DNA from: a virus | Taxonomy: Duplodnaviria; Caudoviricetes | IMG/VR virus record: IMGVR_UViG_3300021400_000095 | Strand: one strand, 5' to 3' | DNA: 64,000 bases | Shown here: positions 38,183 to 47,706 of the stretch, piece after piece | How the letters are laid out: each line of letters starts with the position of its first letter | Position numbering within the stretch: position 1 is the first letter of the stretch | Made by a program: the position numbers and the translations under genes | Notes under the pieces: generated by a model | Databases searched by the model: none | Told to the model about the DNA's origin: nothing | What the model saw: the letters and a program-made list of their open reading frames with translations, nothing else

Positions 38183-40390
38183 ATGGGAAAATATTCAGAT
38201 AACATAACTCCTGAAAATTATATTAATTATTTGCATAAATTTGAAACAGTTGATGAATATGAAGAAGAAAAATATGGTTTTGGAAAACCATTTGTTTCAT
38301 GGACTGTTGAAGATGATGGTGTAAATTATAATAAAAATCTTGCAGACCCAAATATGCCATTAACATTTATTGTTTGTAGTGATGGGATTGTTAGATGGAA
38401 AGCATCTAATACAGGTGGTACAAGGTCAATACAATATAGTAAGAATGGTGGTACATGGATAAGCATTACTAGTGCCACAGGAAACACAGCACCAAGTATA
38501 TCAGTTGTTTCTGGTGATACTGTACAATTTAGAGGTGATAATAATAGTTATGCTATAGATAGTGCTAATGCAAAATATTCAACATTTTCTGGCACAACCT
38601 GTCAATTTAAAGTGCTTGGTAACATTATGAGTTTGATAAGTAGTGCTAATTATTCAACATTAAAAGAATTTCCAACAAATAGTAGTATTAATTTTGGATA
38701 TTTGTTTAGGGATTGTAGAACTTTAATTGATGCAACTTATTTAGTGTTACCTGCTACAACTTTAGCAGATAGTTGTTATATTGGTATGTTTCTTGGTTGT
38801 TATGGTTTAACTACTGTACCTGAATTACCAGCCACAACATTAGCACAACAATGCTATTGTATGATGTTTAGTGAATGTTATGCTTTAACAACATTGCCAT
38901 CTAATTTATTACCTGCAACAACAATGGCTGCAAGTGCATATACATATATGTTTTATGCTTGTACTGGTTTAACAGGTGTACCTGAATTACCAGCAACTAT
39001 ATTGGCAGATAATTGTTATGATAATATGTTTAGTGATTGTTATGGTTTAACAACATTGCCATCTAATTTATTACCTGCAACAACATTAACCCCTGCTTGT
39101 TATCAATATATGTTTGCTGGTTGTTATAGTTTAACTACATTGCCATCTACTTTATTACCTGCAACAACAATGGCTGCAAGTGCATATACATGTATGTTTA
39201 GTAGTTGTACTGGCTTAACATCAATACCATCTAATTTATTACCTGCCACCACCTTAGCACCATATTGTTATAATAGTATGTTTGGAAGATGTGATGGCTT
39301 AACATCAATACCATCTGATTTATTACCTGCTACTACATTAGCAGAGAAATGTTATAATATGATGTTTTATGATTGTTATGGTTTAACATCAATACCATCT
39401 AATTTGTTACCAGCCACCACATTAGCACCATATTGTTATAGTGAAATGTTTTGGAGTTGTTCTGGTTTAACATCAATACCATCAGGTTTCTTACCAGCCA
39501 CCACCTTAGCACCATATTGTTATAATAGTATGTTTTGGAGTTGTTATGGTTTAACATCAATACCATCTGATTTATTACCTGCCACTATTTTAGCAAATGG
39601 TTGTTATGATAATATGTTTGCTGGTTGTTATAGTTTAACTACATTGCCATCTACTTTATTACCTGCAACAACAATGGCTGCAAGTGCATATACAAGTATG
39701 TTTTGTGGTTGTAGTGGTTTAACATCAATACCATCAGGTTTCTTACCAGCCACCACCTTAGCACCACATTGTTATAGTAGGATGTTTGTTCATTGTGCTG
39801 GTTTGGAAAGCATTCCATCTGATTTATTACCTGCTACTACATTAGCAGATGTTTGTTATGCTAGTATGTTTTGTGGTTGTAGTGGTTTAACATCAATACC
39901 ATCTACTTTATTACCTGCCACTACCTTAGCACCACATTGTTATAGTGAAATGTTTATTTATTGTTCAGGATTAACCTCAGTACCATCTAATTTATTACCT
40001 GCTACAAGTTTATCTGGTGGAGAATATTGTTATCAGAGGATGTTTTGGAATTGTAGAAGTTTAACATCATTACCTTCTAATTTATTACCTGCAACTGAAT
40101 TAACAGAAGGTTGCTACTTTGGTATGTTTAGTGGATGTACTGTATTAACAACAGCCCCAGATTTACCTGCACCAACATTGATATCAAATTGTTATCAAAG
40201 TATGTTCCAAGGTTGTAGTAATTTGAATTATATTAAATGTCTTGCAACAAATATATCAACATCTAATTGTACATATAATTGGGTAAGATATGTTACATCA
40301 TCAGGTACATTTATCAAAGCAGCATCAATGTCATCATGGACAACAGGAAATAATGGTATTCCATATAATTGGACAGTTCAAGATGCTTAA
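38183..40390 (+). CDS. BspA-like leucine-rich-repeat protein (29-aa repeats dominant)
   Basis: Repeats IPSNLLPATTLAxxCYxxMFxxCxGLTS. Confidence 0.85.
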   Translation: MGKYSDNITPENYINYLHKFETVDEYEEEKYGFGKPFVSWTVEDDGVNYNKNLADPNMPLTFIVCSDGIVRWKASNTGGTRSIQYSKNGGTWISITSATGNTAPSISVVSGDTVQFRGDNNSYAIDSANAKYSTFSGTTCQFKVLGNIMSLISSANYSTLKEFPTNSSINFGYLFRDCRTLIDATYLVLPATTLADSCYIGMFLGCYGLTTVPELPATTLAQQCYCMMFSECYALTTLPSNLLPATTMAASAYTYMFYACTGLTGVPELPATILADNCYDNMFSDCYGLTTLPSNLLPATTLTPACYQYMFAGCYSLTTLPSTLLPATTMAASAYTCMFSSCTGLTSIPSNLLPATTLAPYCYNSMFGRCDGLTSIPSDLLPATTLAEKCYNMMFYDCYGLTSIPSNLLPATTLAPYCYSEMFWSCSGLTSIPSGFLPATTLAPYCYNSMFWSCYGLTSIPSDLLPATILANGCYDNMFAGCYSLTTLPSTLLPATTMAASAYTSMFCGCSGLTSIPSGFLPATTLAPHCYSRMFVHCAGLESIPSDLLPATTLADVCYASMFCGCSGLTSIPSTLLPATTLAPHCYSEMFIYCSGLTSVPSNLLPATSLSGGEYCYQRMFWNCRSLTSLPSNLLPATELTEGCYFGMFSGCTVLTTAPDLPAPTLISNCYQSMFQGCSNLNYIKCLATNISTSNCTYNWVRYVTSSGTFIKAASMSSWTTGNNGIPYNWTVQDA

Positions 40391-40414
40391 AATAATATTT
40401 AATTTTACATATAT

Positions 40415-40828
40415 ATGGCAAAGATTAATTTAGATGAGGGAAAAATCAGAGAAATTGTTTCTGAAAGCATTAAGAATATATTAAAAGAAATTGATGAAAA
40501 CTACAGGCCAAAACATGTTTGGGTTGACAGTAGGGTTAAAGGTATTGGCATGTCATGGTATAGAGGTGGTCATGACGAAATGACTTTGGAACAATTGCAG
40601 CAGTTATTGGATGAACATGATGCTTGCATCTATTATGATGAACAATTTTATGATAATGTGAATGATGTTCCATTTAAACCAAAATATATTGGAATTGAAG
40701 AATTTGGAATGCCAACATATAGAGGGGTTTATTCCAACCCAAGTTGCACTGTTGTGCCAAAAGGAACAACAATGGAAGTAGGATATTGTTCAAGAAGATT
40801 TAAATTCCCTGAAAAGAAAGAAGTTTAA
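40415..40828 (+). CDS. hypothetical protein with helical leader (INLDEGKIREIVSESIKNILKE)
   Basis: ORF track. Confidence 0.8.
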   Translation: MAKINLDEGKIREIVSESIKNILKEIDENYRPKHVWVDSRVKGIGMSWYRGGHDEMTLEQLQQLLDEHDACIYYDEQFYDNVNDVPFKPKYIGIEEFGMPTYRGVYSNPSCTVVPKGTTMEVGYCSRRFKFPEKKEV

Positions 40829-40836
40829 ATAACAAT

Positions 40837-40869
40837 AAAAGCCATAGAAACAAATCTATGGCTTTTTTT
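40837..40869. terminator. bidirectional intrinsic terminator
   Basis: AAAAGCCATAGA-AACAAA-TCTATGGCTTTT. Confidence 0.75.
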
Positions 40870-40871
40870 CT

Positions 40872-41303
40872 TTATTTGTCAAAATAATCCATTTCTTCAG
40901 TGTTATATTCATCAAAAGGTGTAATGATAACAACAATTGAATTTGTTGAGGTTGCTTCAATTTCAATTGAACTTAAATATCTTTTTGCAGGATTATAATA
41001 ACTTGTTTCAACACTTCTTGCAATGTCATATAACATATTATTTACTGAATCAATGACATTTTCCTCTTCATATTCCTCTGGAATTTCCATTTGTGAAATA
41101 TCATTTATTTGAATTGTATTACTGATGTAACCATCATCAGTAATTTCAACATTATTTGATACAATGTCAAATCCATTATTATTTAATTCTTTATTTATCT
41201 CAGTAAGAAGACTATTGAAATCAACACCTGCTTTTTCAACAAAATCAGCATATCTTCTAATAAGATTTGCTTTATATTTATATGATTCTATAATATTTTC
41301 CAT
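40872..41303 (-). CDS. acidic hypothetical protein
   Basis: ORF track; ACTATTTATA on the - strand upstream. Confidence 0.8.
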   Translation of the reverse strand: MENIIESYKYKANLIRRYADFVEKAGVDFNSLLTEINKELNNNGFDIVSNNVEITDDGYISNTIQINDISQMEIPEEYEEENVIDSVNNMLYDIARSVETSYYNPAKRYLSSIEIEATSTNSIVVIITPFDEYNTEEMDYFDK

Positions 41304-41333
41304 AGTAGTGTATTTTAATATATAAATAGTTTG

Positions 41334-41888
41334 TTAAATTAAAACCTTCAATGGTGTAATGTTTATCAAACTATCCTCATCCCCATTGTTTTTAATTGCA
41401 CTAATGCTGACATTATGGGTTTCTATTGTCATTCTTGTCAATATATTGGCAAAATCATTTTCATCATATAAACAAGTTTCAATTTCACCATCATATAAAA
41501 TTTTTACATGCTTATTCCTTACCCTTTTGGTTATTTCTTTAATAATATCATCAAAGCCAAAATAGCCTGTTTTTAGGCCATTATAATCCAATAGATGATA
41601 AAGATACTGCTCAGAACTTTTAACCTTCCCAGAAAGGCTAATTTCATCCAAAAACAACATATAACCATCAAGAAATTGCATTGGATTTTTTGTATAGTTT
41701 TTCAGTATATATTCAAGTTGTTTTTTATTATTAGCATCTTCAAAAAAATGAGGTTTACAATTTTCAAGGAAGGATTGTTCAAGTTTTTTATCCTCACAGA
41801 TAAAATTAATTACAGGTAAGTTATTTTTGTGTAAGGTGTCAGGTTCATAAAACTCAACACCAAGATATATAGTTTTCTTTCTGGGCAT
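41334..41888 (-). CDS. hypothetical protein
   Basis: ORF track. Confidence 0.8.
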   Translation of the reverse strand: MPRKKTIYLGVEFYEPDTLHKNNLPVINFICEDKKLEQSFLENCKPHFFEDANNKKQLEYILKNYTKNPMQFLDGYMLFLDEISLSGKVKSSEQYLYHLLDYNGLKTGYFGFDDIIKEITKRVRNKHVKILYDGEIETCLYDENDFANILTRMTIETHNVSISAIKNNGDEDSLINITPLKVLI

Positions 41889-41894
41889 AAATAA

Positions 41895-42059
41895 TTAAAC
41901 TTTAAATACAATTCCAATATAGTTATTCTTAAAATTAAATATCTTATAGAAAAACCTTTTGATTTTGGCAACAATTTTAGTATGAGAATAAACATAATAA
42001 AATGTTTGTTCCCAATAACCATTTTCTGCTGTTTCCCAACTAACTTCAAATTTCCACAT
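41895..42059 (-). CDS. hypothetical protein (54 aa)
   Basis: Read manually: MWKFEVSWETAENGYWEQ...IVFKV*; fills the operon gap. Confidence 0.55.
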   Translation of the reverse strand: MWKFEVSWETAENGYWEQTFYYVYSHTKIVAKIKRFFYKIFNFKNNYIGIVFKV

Positions 42060-42061
42060 AA

Positions 42062-42535
42062 TTAATATAAATCTTCAGAATATATCATTCTATATTTACA
42101 TTTGTTTCTTTCATCACCACCTCTCCAATGAGGTTCCTGATTTTGAAAGTCTTTCATGTATTCTTCATCACCATTCCAACTATTATTTAAGGCTCTTTTT
42201 TCATCAATTTGCCCACATAATAGTGCCAATTCTGCTGCTTGCCATCTATCAACAAATCTACCATTAGAAGTTAAAAACCCATCAACTTCATCAAAATATG
42301 CTAATGTGTCTTCATATTTTTTAATAACCATTGGGTCCTTTCCATGCCTTTCAGCAAGTTTCTTTGCATTCCATATAGGATTTGTTGCCCTGACATTAAT
42401 GCAATTACCATGCCTCCATTGTCCAATCACAACACCAGAATCAATATTTTGTGCAATCATACCTTTAAGTGATTCAGTATTGTCTTTATACCAAATAGCA
42501 GCAGATAAAATGTATTCCTTAGAATTGTCAATCAT
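42062..42535 (-). CDS. phage hypothetical protein
   Basis: ILSAAIW...RHGNC...GFLTSNGRFVDR...YSEDLY. Confidence 0.8.
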   Translation of the reverse strand: MIDNSKEYILSAAIWYKDNTESLKGMIAQNIDSGVVIGQWRHGNCINVRATNPIWNAKKLAERHGKDPMVIKKYEDTLAYFDEVDGFLTSNGRFVDRWQAAELALLCGQIDEKRALNNSWNGDEEYMKDFQNQEPHWRGGDERNKCKYRMIYSEDLY

Positions 42536-42809
42536 TTGATTTAGCAATTAGTTTATATTTATCAATAGCACAAGCAGTTGCTTCAAATCCATTACATTCC
42601 TGCAATGGTGAATTTGTTTTTTCATCAACAAGCAAATTTGAAATATGGTTGTCATCTTTCCATACTTCAAGAACAGTAATTTCTACTGGAGGTAAAGTAT
42701 TACCCCAATTAAGTTGTTCCTTATGTGCATATTCAGTCAGTGACTGATTAATACCAAACTGAAATCCCATTTCATTTGGTTCACTTAGTTTTGGTTTATC
42801 AAAAAACAT
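42528..42809 (-). CDS. hypothetical protein
   Basis: ORF track. Confidence 0.75.
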   Translation of the reverse strand: MFFDKPKLSEPNEMGFQFGINQSLTEYAHKEQLNWGNTLPPVEITVLEVWKDDNHISNLLVDEKTNSPLQECNGFEATACAIDKYKLIAKSND

Positions 42810-42822
42810 ATTAATTTATTTT

Positions 42823-43197
42823 TTACATATATTCTCCAATGTCATATCTATATGGCATTTTAAAGATTTCACCATTTTCCCTTTTATAATTTTCATGGCA
42901 AATACCCTCAACCCTAATATATGAATCAGTACAAGGTTGCCATTCACCAAACCTAGAGGATTCTTCCAAACTATCAGCATTGAAAATAACTTTATAAATG
43001 TCAGTCAAATTATTTTTATTGATATAATCAATGCATGTTTGAACTAGAATTTCCTGAAGTTCTTTAATGTGGTCAATTGTAGTTATATTAGGTTTAGGGT
43101 CATCTTCCAATCTTTCAACAATTGGATTTTCCTCCCATTTCTTTTTCAGTTCTTCCATAACCTTGGAAGGCTTTCTTCTTCTTTTTGTTTGTTCCAT
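42823..43197 (-). CDS. hypothetical protein
   Basis: ORF track; sigma54-like motif upstream on the - strand. Confidence 0.75.
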   Translation of the reverse strand: MEQTKRRRKPSKVMEELKKKWEENPIVERLEDDPKPNITTIDHIKELQEILVQTCIDYINKNNLTDIYKVIFNADSLEESSRFGEWQPCTDSYIRVEGICHENYKRENGEIFKMPYRYDIGEYM

Positions 43198-43293
43198 ATA
43201 AATTATTATTTTGTTTATATTGTATCAAAAATCATGCCAAAAAGAAAAAGTCCCCAACAAAAATTGTTAGGGACTACAAAATTTGTTTAACAA

Positions 43294-43689
43294 TTAAAAA
43301 GTGTCACCAGTAATCCTCTTGACATATTCCTTATTGTGGGCTTCACAATTCTCAGCCTTTTCAATAAAGTTTGCCTTAAGTGGTGCAAGACTTTCCATGG
43401 TGTCAATTACAGAATTCCACCTCCTGATAAGTTCATTCTTCACAAGCCTATAGGCCCTACCTTCAGCCTTTGCCCTTGCAACTTGCTTACCCTTCTCCAA
43501 ACTATACTTGTCATCTGGAGAACACTTAGCAACAGCCTTGACATTCATGTAGCAGTTACCAAAAAGTTCATAAAACTTCTCAGGTGCATCAAGGCAAACA
43601 TTAACCTCAGCAGTAACATTGTCACCATTAAAGTAATAATTAGTGTTAAACACAGTCATCTTAACATTACTCTTGTCAAAATTCATCAT
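43294..43689 (-). CDS. phage hypothetical protein (AKCSPDDKY..EKGKQVARAKA)
   Basis: ORF track; sigma54-like motif upstream. Confidence 0.8.
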   Translation of the reverse strand: MMNFDKSNVKMTVFNTNYYFNGDNVTAEVNVCLDAPEKFYELFGNCYMNVKAVAKCSPDDKYSLEKGKQVARAKAEGRAYRLVKNELIRRWNSVIDTMESLAPLKANFIEKAENCEAHNKEYVKRITGDTF

Positions 43690-43775
43690 AATATAAATGT
43701 TTTAAAAGTTAATAATATTTTTTTTTTCAATTTGTTTTATCTATATCTTATCAAAAATCATGCCAAAATTTTATT

Positions 43776-44144
43776 TTAAATCAATTTTTCTAAACAATAT
43801 TTAATACCTGCTTCACAAGCTTCTTCATAGGTATCCTGAATAGGAATATTGTCTCCAAACTTTTCAGCACAAGTCCAATCTTCCAGTGTTATGACTGTTG
43901 GGTTCCAATCACCTTCTGATGGGTCAACATCAACATGTAACTTATGTACCTCTCTCAGCCACTTCATTGCCATTTGAAGTGTAGGTGCATCAAGGTATCT
44001 TTCAGGATTTCTTGACCTATCAGTTATATTATAATCACCAACAATTTTATCACTGATAAAAAATTGTTTATCTGTGTTCCAATTAAACCCCTTCTCTTTC
44101 AGGAGTTTAGCTGTTTCAAAACTTACATAATCTTCTGTAATCAT
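43776..44144 (-). CDS. family A (MITEDYVSFETAKLLKEKGF) paralogue
   Basis: Conserved N, middle (PTLQMAMKWLRE) and C (YEEACEAxIKYCLE) blocks. Confidence 0.85.
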   Translation of the reverse strand: MITEDYVSFETAKLLKEKGFNWNTDKQFFISDKIVGDYNITDRSRNPERYLDAPTLQMAMKWLREVHKLHVDVDPSEGDWNPTVITLEDWTCAEKFGDNIPIQDTYEEACEAGIKYCLEKLI

Positions 44145-44147
44145 AAT

Positions 44148-44537
44148 CTAAATCAAATTTTTAAGACAATATTTAATAGCAGCTTCACAGGCTTCCTCAT
44201 AAGAAAAATAGAAGGTTTTATCATTTTCATCACCCTTAGAATCTATATAATCCACTCCATTTTCCAATATCTTTGTGATAATATACATCCACCCTAAAGC
44301 ATTTGCAAAATAAAGCCAATGAATATCAAGATTTATGTGAATATTATAATTTTCCCTCAGCCACTTCATGACCATTTGTAGGGTTGGACAATAAATTGGG
44401 AAAAAGTTGCTTGGAACTACATATGCTGATTCCATTTCTATTCCTTTTTCAGTATAGAATGTGTGCATCTTCCCTTCAAACCCCTTTTCTTTTAAGAGTT
44501 TTGCTGTTTCAAAACTTACATAATCTTCTGTTATCAT
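44148..44537 (-). CDS. family A paralogue
   Basis: Same conserved blocks. Confidence 0.85.
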   Translation of the reverse strand: MITEDYVSFETAKLLKEKGFEGKMHTFYTEKGIEMESAYVVPSNFFPIYCPTLQMVMKWLRENYNIHINLDIHWLYFANALGWMYIITKILENGVDYIDSKGDENDKTFYFSYEEACEAAIKYCLKNLI

Positions 44538-44539
44538 AA

Positions 44540-44929
44540 TTAAATCAAATTTTCTATACAATATTTAATAGCAGCTTCACAAGCATCTTTGAACATCCAA
44601 TCAAAAGATGTGTAGTTTTCTCTTTTATATTTCCCATCAAAACCAAGTACAGAGTAGGCATAATGTGGGTTTCCAATAAGGTCAATGCTCATCTTTAACT
44701 CAATGAAAAGTTTATGCATTTCCCACAACCACTTCATTGCCATTTGAAGAGTTGGGCAAGCAATAAGATGCATATCTCCTTCATGCCTCTTATGATATAT
44801 CATTTCTCCCACAACACAACCCCTTGGTTTGCCATCCCCAACAAAATAGTTTACAGATGTATTTTCATCAAACCCCTTCTCTTTTAATAGTTTTGCTGTT
44901 TCAAAGCCAACATAATCTTCAGTTATCAT
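44540..44929 (-). CDS. family A paralogue
   Basis: Same conserved blocks. Confidence 0.85.
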   Translation of the reverse strand: MITEDYVGFETAKLLKEKGFDENTSVNYFVGDGKPRGCVVGEMIYHKRHEGDMHLIACPTLQMAMKWLWEMHKLFIELKMSIDLIGNPHYAYSVLGFDGKYKRENYTSFDWMFKDACEAAIKYCIENLI

Positions 44930-44931
44930 AA

Positions 44932-45306
44932 TTAAATCAAATTTTCTATACAATATTTAATAGCAGCTTCACAAGCATCTTCATAAGTTATATAACCATC
45001 ATCTTTTGATACCACAAAATTACCATCTTTATATACATCAAATTGGTAATTATCACAAGAATAATCCCCATAAGGATAGATAGCAACATGAATCTTATGT
45101 ACTTCCCTCAACCACTTCATAGCCAATTGAAGAGAGCATACTGCTATAACTTCATCATCAGAATTGTACCCATATCCAGTTCCTGGATTAAGTCTTTTGA
45201 ATATGCCATTTATATATACACCTCTGAATGAATCATATGGAATAATAAATCCTTTCTCTGTTAGGAGTTTGGCTATCTCATAACTAATGTAATCTTCTGT
45301 AACCAT
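44932..45306 (-). CDS. family A paralogue
   Basis: Same conserved blocks. Confidence 0.85.
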   Translation of the reverse strand: MVTEDYISYEIAKLLTEKGFIIPYDSFRGVYINGIFKRLNPGTGYGYNSDDEVIAVCSLQLAMKWLREVHKIHVAIYPYGDYSCDNYQFDVYKDGNFVVSKDDGYITYEDACEAAIKYCIENLI

Positions 45307-45308
45307 AA

Positions 45309-45701
45309 TCAAATCAAATTTTCAAGACAATATTTTATTGCAGATTCTGCTGCTTCTTCATAGGAAGTATAGTATTCTCTTACATAATCATCTGGTAACA
45401 TATTCTTTCCAGAAGTAGTATAATCTAAAGACATATAATAAATCTGAAAATATATGGTAGTGTGTGGTTGGAGCAAAAGGGATGTTGCATATTGGATTTC
45501 AACAAACAAATTATGTTCCTCTCTTAACCACTTCATTGCCATTTGGAGTGTTGGGGCAGATATATAATCCTTACCCCTATGGTTATATGTACAATACCCC
45601 CAATATTCACCATTGCTACTGTAATATCCACAATACTCATCAAACCCTTTCTCTTTCAATAGTTTGGCAGTTTCAAAACTTATATAATCTTCAGTAATCA
45701 T
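45309..45701 (-). CDS. family A paralogue
   Basis: Same conserved blocks. Confidence 0.85.
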   Translation of the reverse strand: MITEDYISFETAKLLKEKGFDEYCGYYSSNGEYWGYCTYNHRGKDYISAPTLQMAMKWLREEHNLFVEIQYATSLLLQPHTTIYFQIYYMSLDYTTSGKNMLPDDYVREYYTSYEEAAESAIKYCLENLI

Positions 45702-45828
45702 ATCTGTTCTTCTTTATACATTTCTTTATATGCTTTATATATGGTGCATGTCTTACATTTCTCTTTTATTGGATTACATCTTACATTACACCAATATTTT
45801 GCCATTATATATTCTGCTTTTGTCATAT

Positions 45829-46275
45829 CTAAATCAAATTTTCTAGACAATATTTAATAGCTGCTTCACAGGCTTGTTCATAAGTAAGAAATAGTTCTTT
45901 ACTCATTTTTGAATAAGTGTCATCCATCAAACTCTCCACAAACCAATTATATCCAACAACAGCAGGTTCCCAATCACCATATTGTACCTCAACATCTTTC
46001 CATACACCAAGGGCATAAATGTTGAGACCTTGTACATCCCTCAACCACTTCATTGCCATTTGAAGGGTTGGTGCAGAAATCATAATTGGACTCCATTCAC
46101 ATTCTGAATTAGTGTAAGCAAGTATCTGCTCACCATATCCTTCACTACAAAAAATTCCAAGTGAAGATACAAGCTGTAACTCTCCATCATGATAGACAGA
46201 AATACATCTTTCATTAAACCCCTTTTCTTTCAAAAGTTTTGCTGTTTCAAAACTTACATAATCTTCAGTAATCAT
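45829..46275 (-). CDS. family A paralogue
   Basis: Same conserved blocks; start at MITEDY. Confidence 0.85.
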   Translation of the reverse strand: MITEDYVSFETAKLLKEKGFNERCISVYHDGELQLVSSLGIFCSEGYGEQILAYTNSECEWSPIMISAPTLQMAMKWLRDVQGLNIYALGVWKDVEVQYGDWEPAVVGYNWFVESLMDDTYSKMSKELFLTYEQACEAAIKYCLENLI

Positions 46276-46301
46276 ACAAATCTTATTAGTAAAAACACAA
46301 A

Positions 46302-46514
46302 CTAAACAATAAATAAAAGTGGAAATGTGTACAAAAACAGTATTAATACAGACTCTGCTGCATCTTTCCATGTCTCTTTTATTCTTTTTTTTTGAGATGT
46401 TCCTTTTATCCAACAGGTATCATCTTTTACATCTTTAAAATAATGTATAAATGTAGCAATAAAAAAAACCAATAATAAAACAAAATATAACAAAGCAAAA
46501 TGCCAAAAATTCAT
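46302..46514 (-). CDS. small membrane protein
   Basis: Two hydrophobic helices. Confidence 0.65.
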   Translation of the reverse strand: MNFWHFALLYFVLLLVFFIATFIHYFKDVKDDTCWIKGTSQKKRIKETWKDAAESVLILFLYTFPLLFIV

Positions 46515-46517
46515 ATC

Positions 46518-46937
46518 TTATTCAGTTTTATACATTCCTTCTGGTGCTTCTATAGCAAGTCCTTTTTCAATTAAACCTCTATAATCAAAACCTTTCTTGT
46601 TAAGCCAGTCAATTGCATGTGAAAAACACAAAGCAGTTGTTTCCAACATTTTTGTGTGTTTCATTTCACAAATTTCAAGGTAATCAATGTTTTTACATTG
46701 ATGATACTCATATTCCTCATCTGCTGTCATACTTGACATTGGCCTGAGATAAGGCTTGAAATAATTTACTTCTATCCAACTCACATCACCATTATGCTCA
46801 ATTGCAATATCATCTGCAACAAAATTAGCATGTCCTTTAAGTTGAACAGTACCAAAGCCATCAATAAACCCTTTAACTCCATAAGGCAATCTTGCACAAA
46901 GGTCTTTAAGCAATAATTGTTTTTCTTCTTTTGTCAT
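46518..46937 (-). CDS. family B (MTQEEKQLLLKDLCARLPY) paralogue
   Basis: Blocks LLLKDLCARLPYG / KPYLRPMSSMT / FDYRGLIEKGLAIEAPEGMYKTE. Confidence 0.85.
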   Translation of the reverse strand: MTKEEKQLLLKDLCARLPYGVKGFIDGFGTVQLKGHANFVADDIAIEHNGDVSWIEVNYFKPYLRPMSSMTADEEYEYHQCKNIDYLEICEMKHTKMLETTALCFSHAIDWLNKKGFDYRGLIEKGLAIEAPEGMYKTE

Positions 46938-46938
46938 A

Positions 46939-47339
46939 TTAATCTTTTAACAAATTTAAAACCTCTTCAATTTTTTCTCTTTGTTTCTTGCAATACATTT
47001 CTATATAGTCAAGTTCACCAAGTATTTGTTTGACCAACTGTTGTAACAAAATTTCATATAAAATCTGCAAGGAAACTAATGAATCTTCAGTTCATTGGAG
47101 GAATTGCTACTATATTTTTTACAAAAATACTAATAATATTTTAAATTTTATAATATTTTATTGATTTTTTTAATATTTATACTATTTATATATAAAACAA
47201 ATAATATTTAAAAAGTAAATCAAAGGCAATCAATGTCAATGATGTAAGAGCATTAGTAAACATGCCTTGCCCAAAGGTTTGTCCTTGGTCAAAAGTCCAC
47301 AAATCTTTAGTTTGTGGGTAGTTTACTTTCCTGTGTCAT
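46939..47339 (-). pseudogene. 46-aa gene interrupted by a MITE
   Basis: Removing 47067-47326 restores MTQEKILYEILLQQLVKQILGELDY...LLKD*. Confidence 0.7.
47067..47326 (+). mobile_element. non-autonomous IS200/IS605(IS607)-type MITE, 260 bp
   Basis: Left hairpin CTAATGAA-TCTTCAG-TTCATTGG; right hairpin CCACAAA-TCTTTAG-TTTGTGG followed by GTAGTTTAC; no target duplication. Confidence 0.7.
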
Positions 47340-47346
47340 ATCTAAA

Positions 47347-47655
47347 TTATACTATTTTTCCTGTTAATTCAAATATTTTATTCTTTTGTTCTTCAGTTGG
47401 GTTATGCCCTTTTTCTATCACCCAACCAATATCATCATAACCACCTGTTGCATAATTAATTAATGTTGTATATCTCACCCATCCAAGTGATTCAAGTGCT
47501 GCTGTTAAAGAACCATGCATTCTATCAAGTTCATCTATTTCCTCAATATCAAGACCTAACTTTTCTTCCATGATTCTCCAAGCATCTTGCCCATGATTCC
47601 ACTTTCCAGAGCAATAAATTACTTCACCATAAGGAGATAACCAACAATCTTTCAT
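47347..47655 (-). CDS. phage hypothetical protein (WLSPYGE...H...LGWVR)
   Basis: ORF track; sigma54-like motif upstream. Confidence 0.8.
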   Translation of the reverse strand: MKDCWLSPYGEVIYCSGKWNHGQDAWRIMEEKLGLDIEEIDELDRMHGSLTAALESLGWVRYTTLINYATGGYDDIGWVIEKGHNPTEEQKNKIFELTGKIV

Positions 47656-47706
47656 TATTATTTCAATTTACTTTGTTCATTTATCTACAAATTTCATGCC
47701 AAAGAT

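Noticed and set aside
25591-40390. Diversity-generating retroelement acting on the LRR genes
   Set aside because: No reverse transcriptase and no TR/VR pair with adenine-only differences is visible in this window
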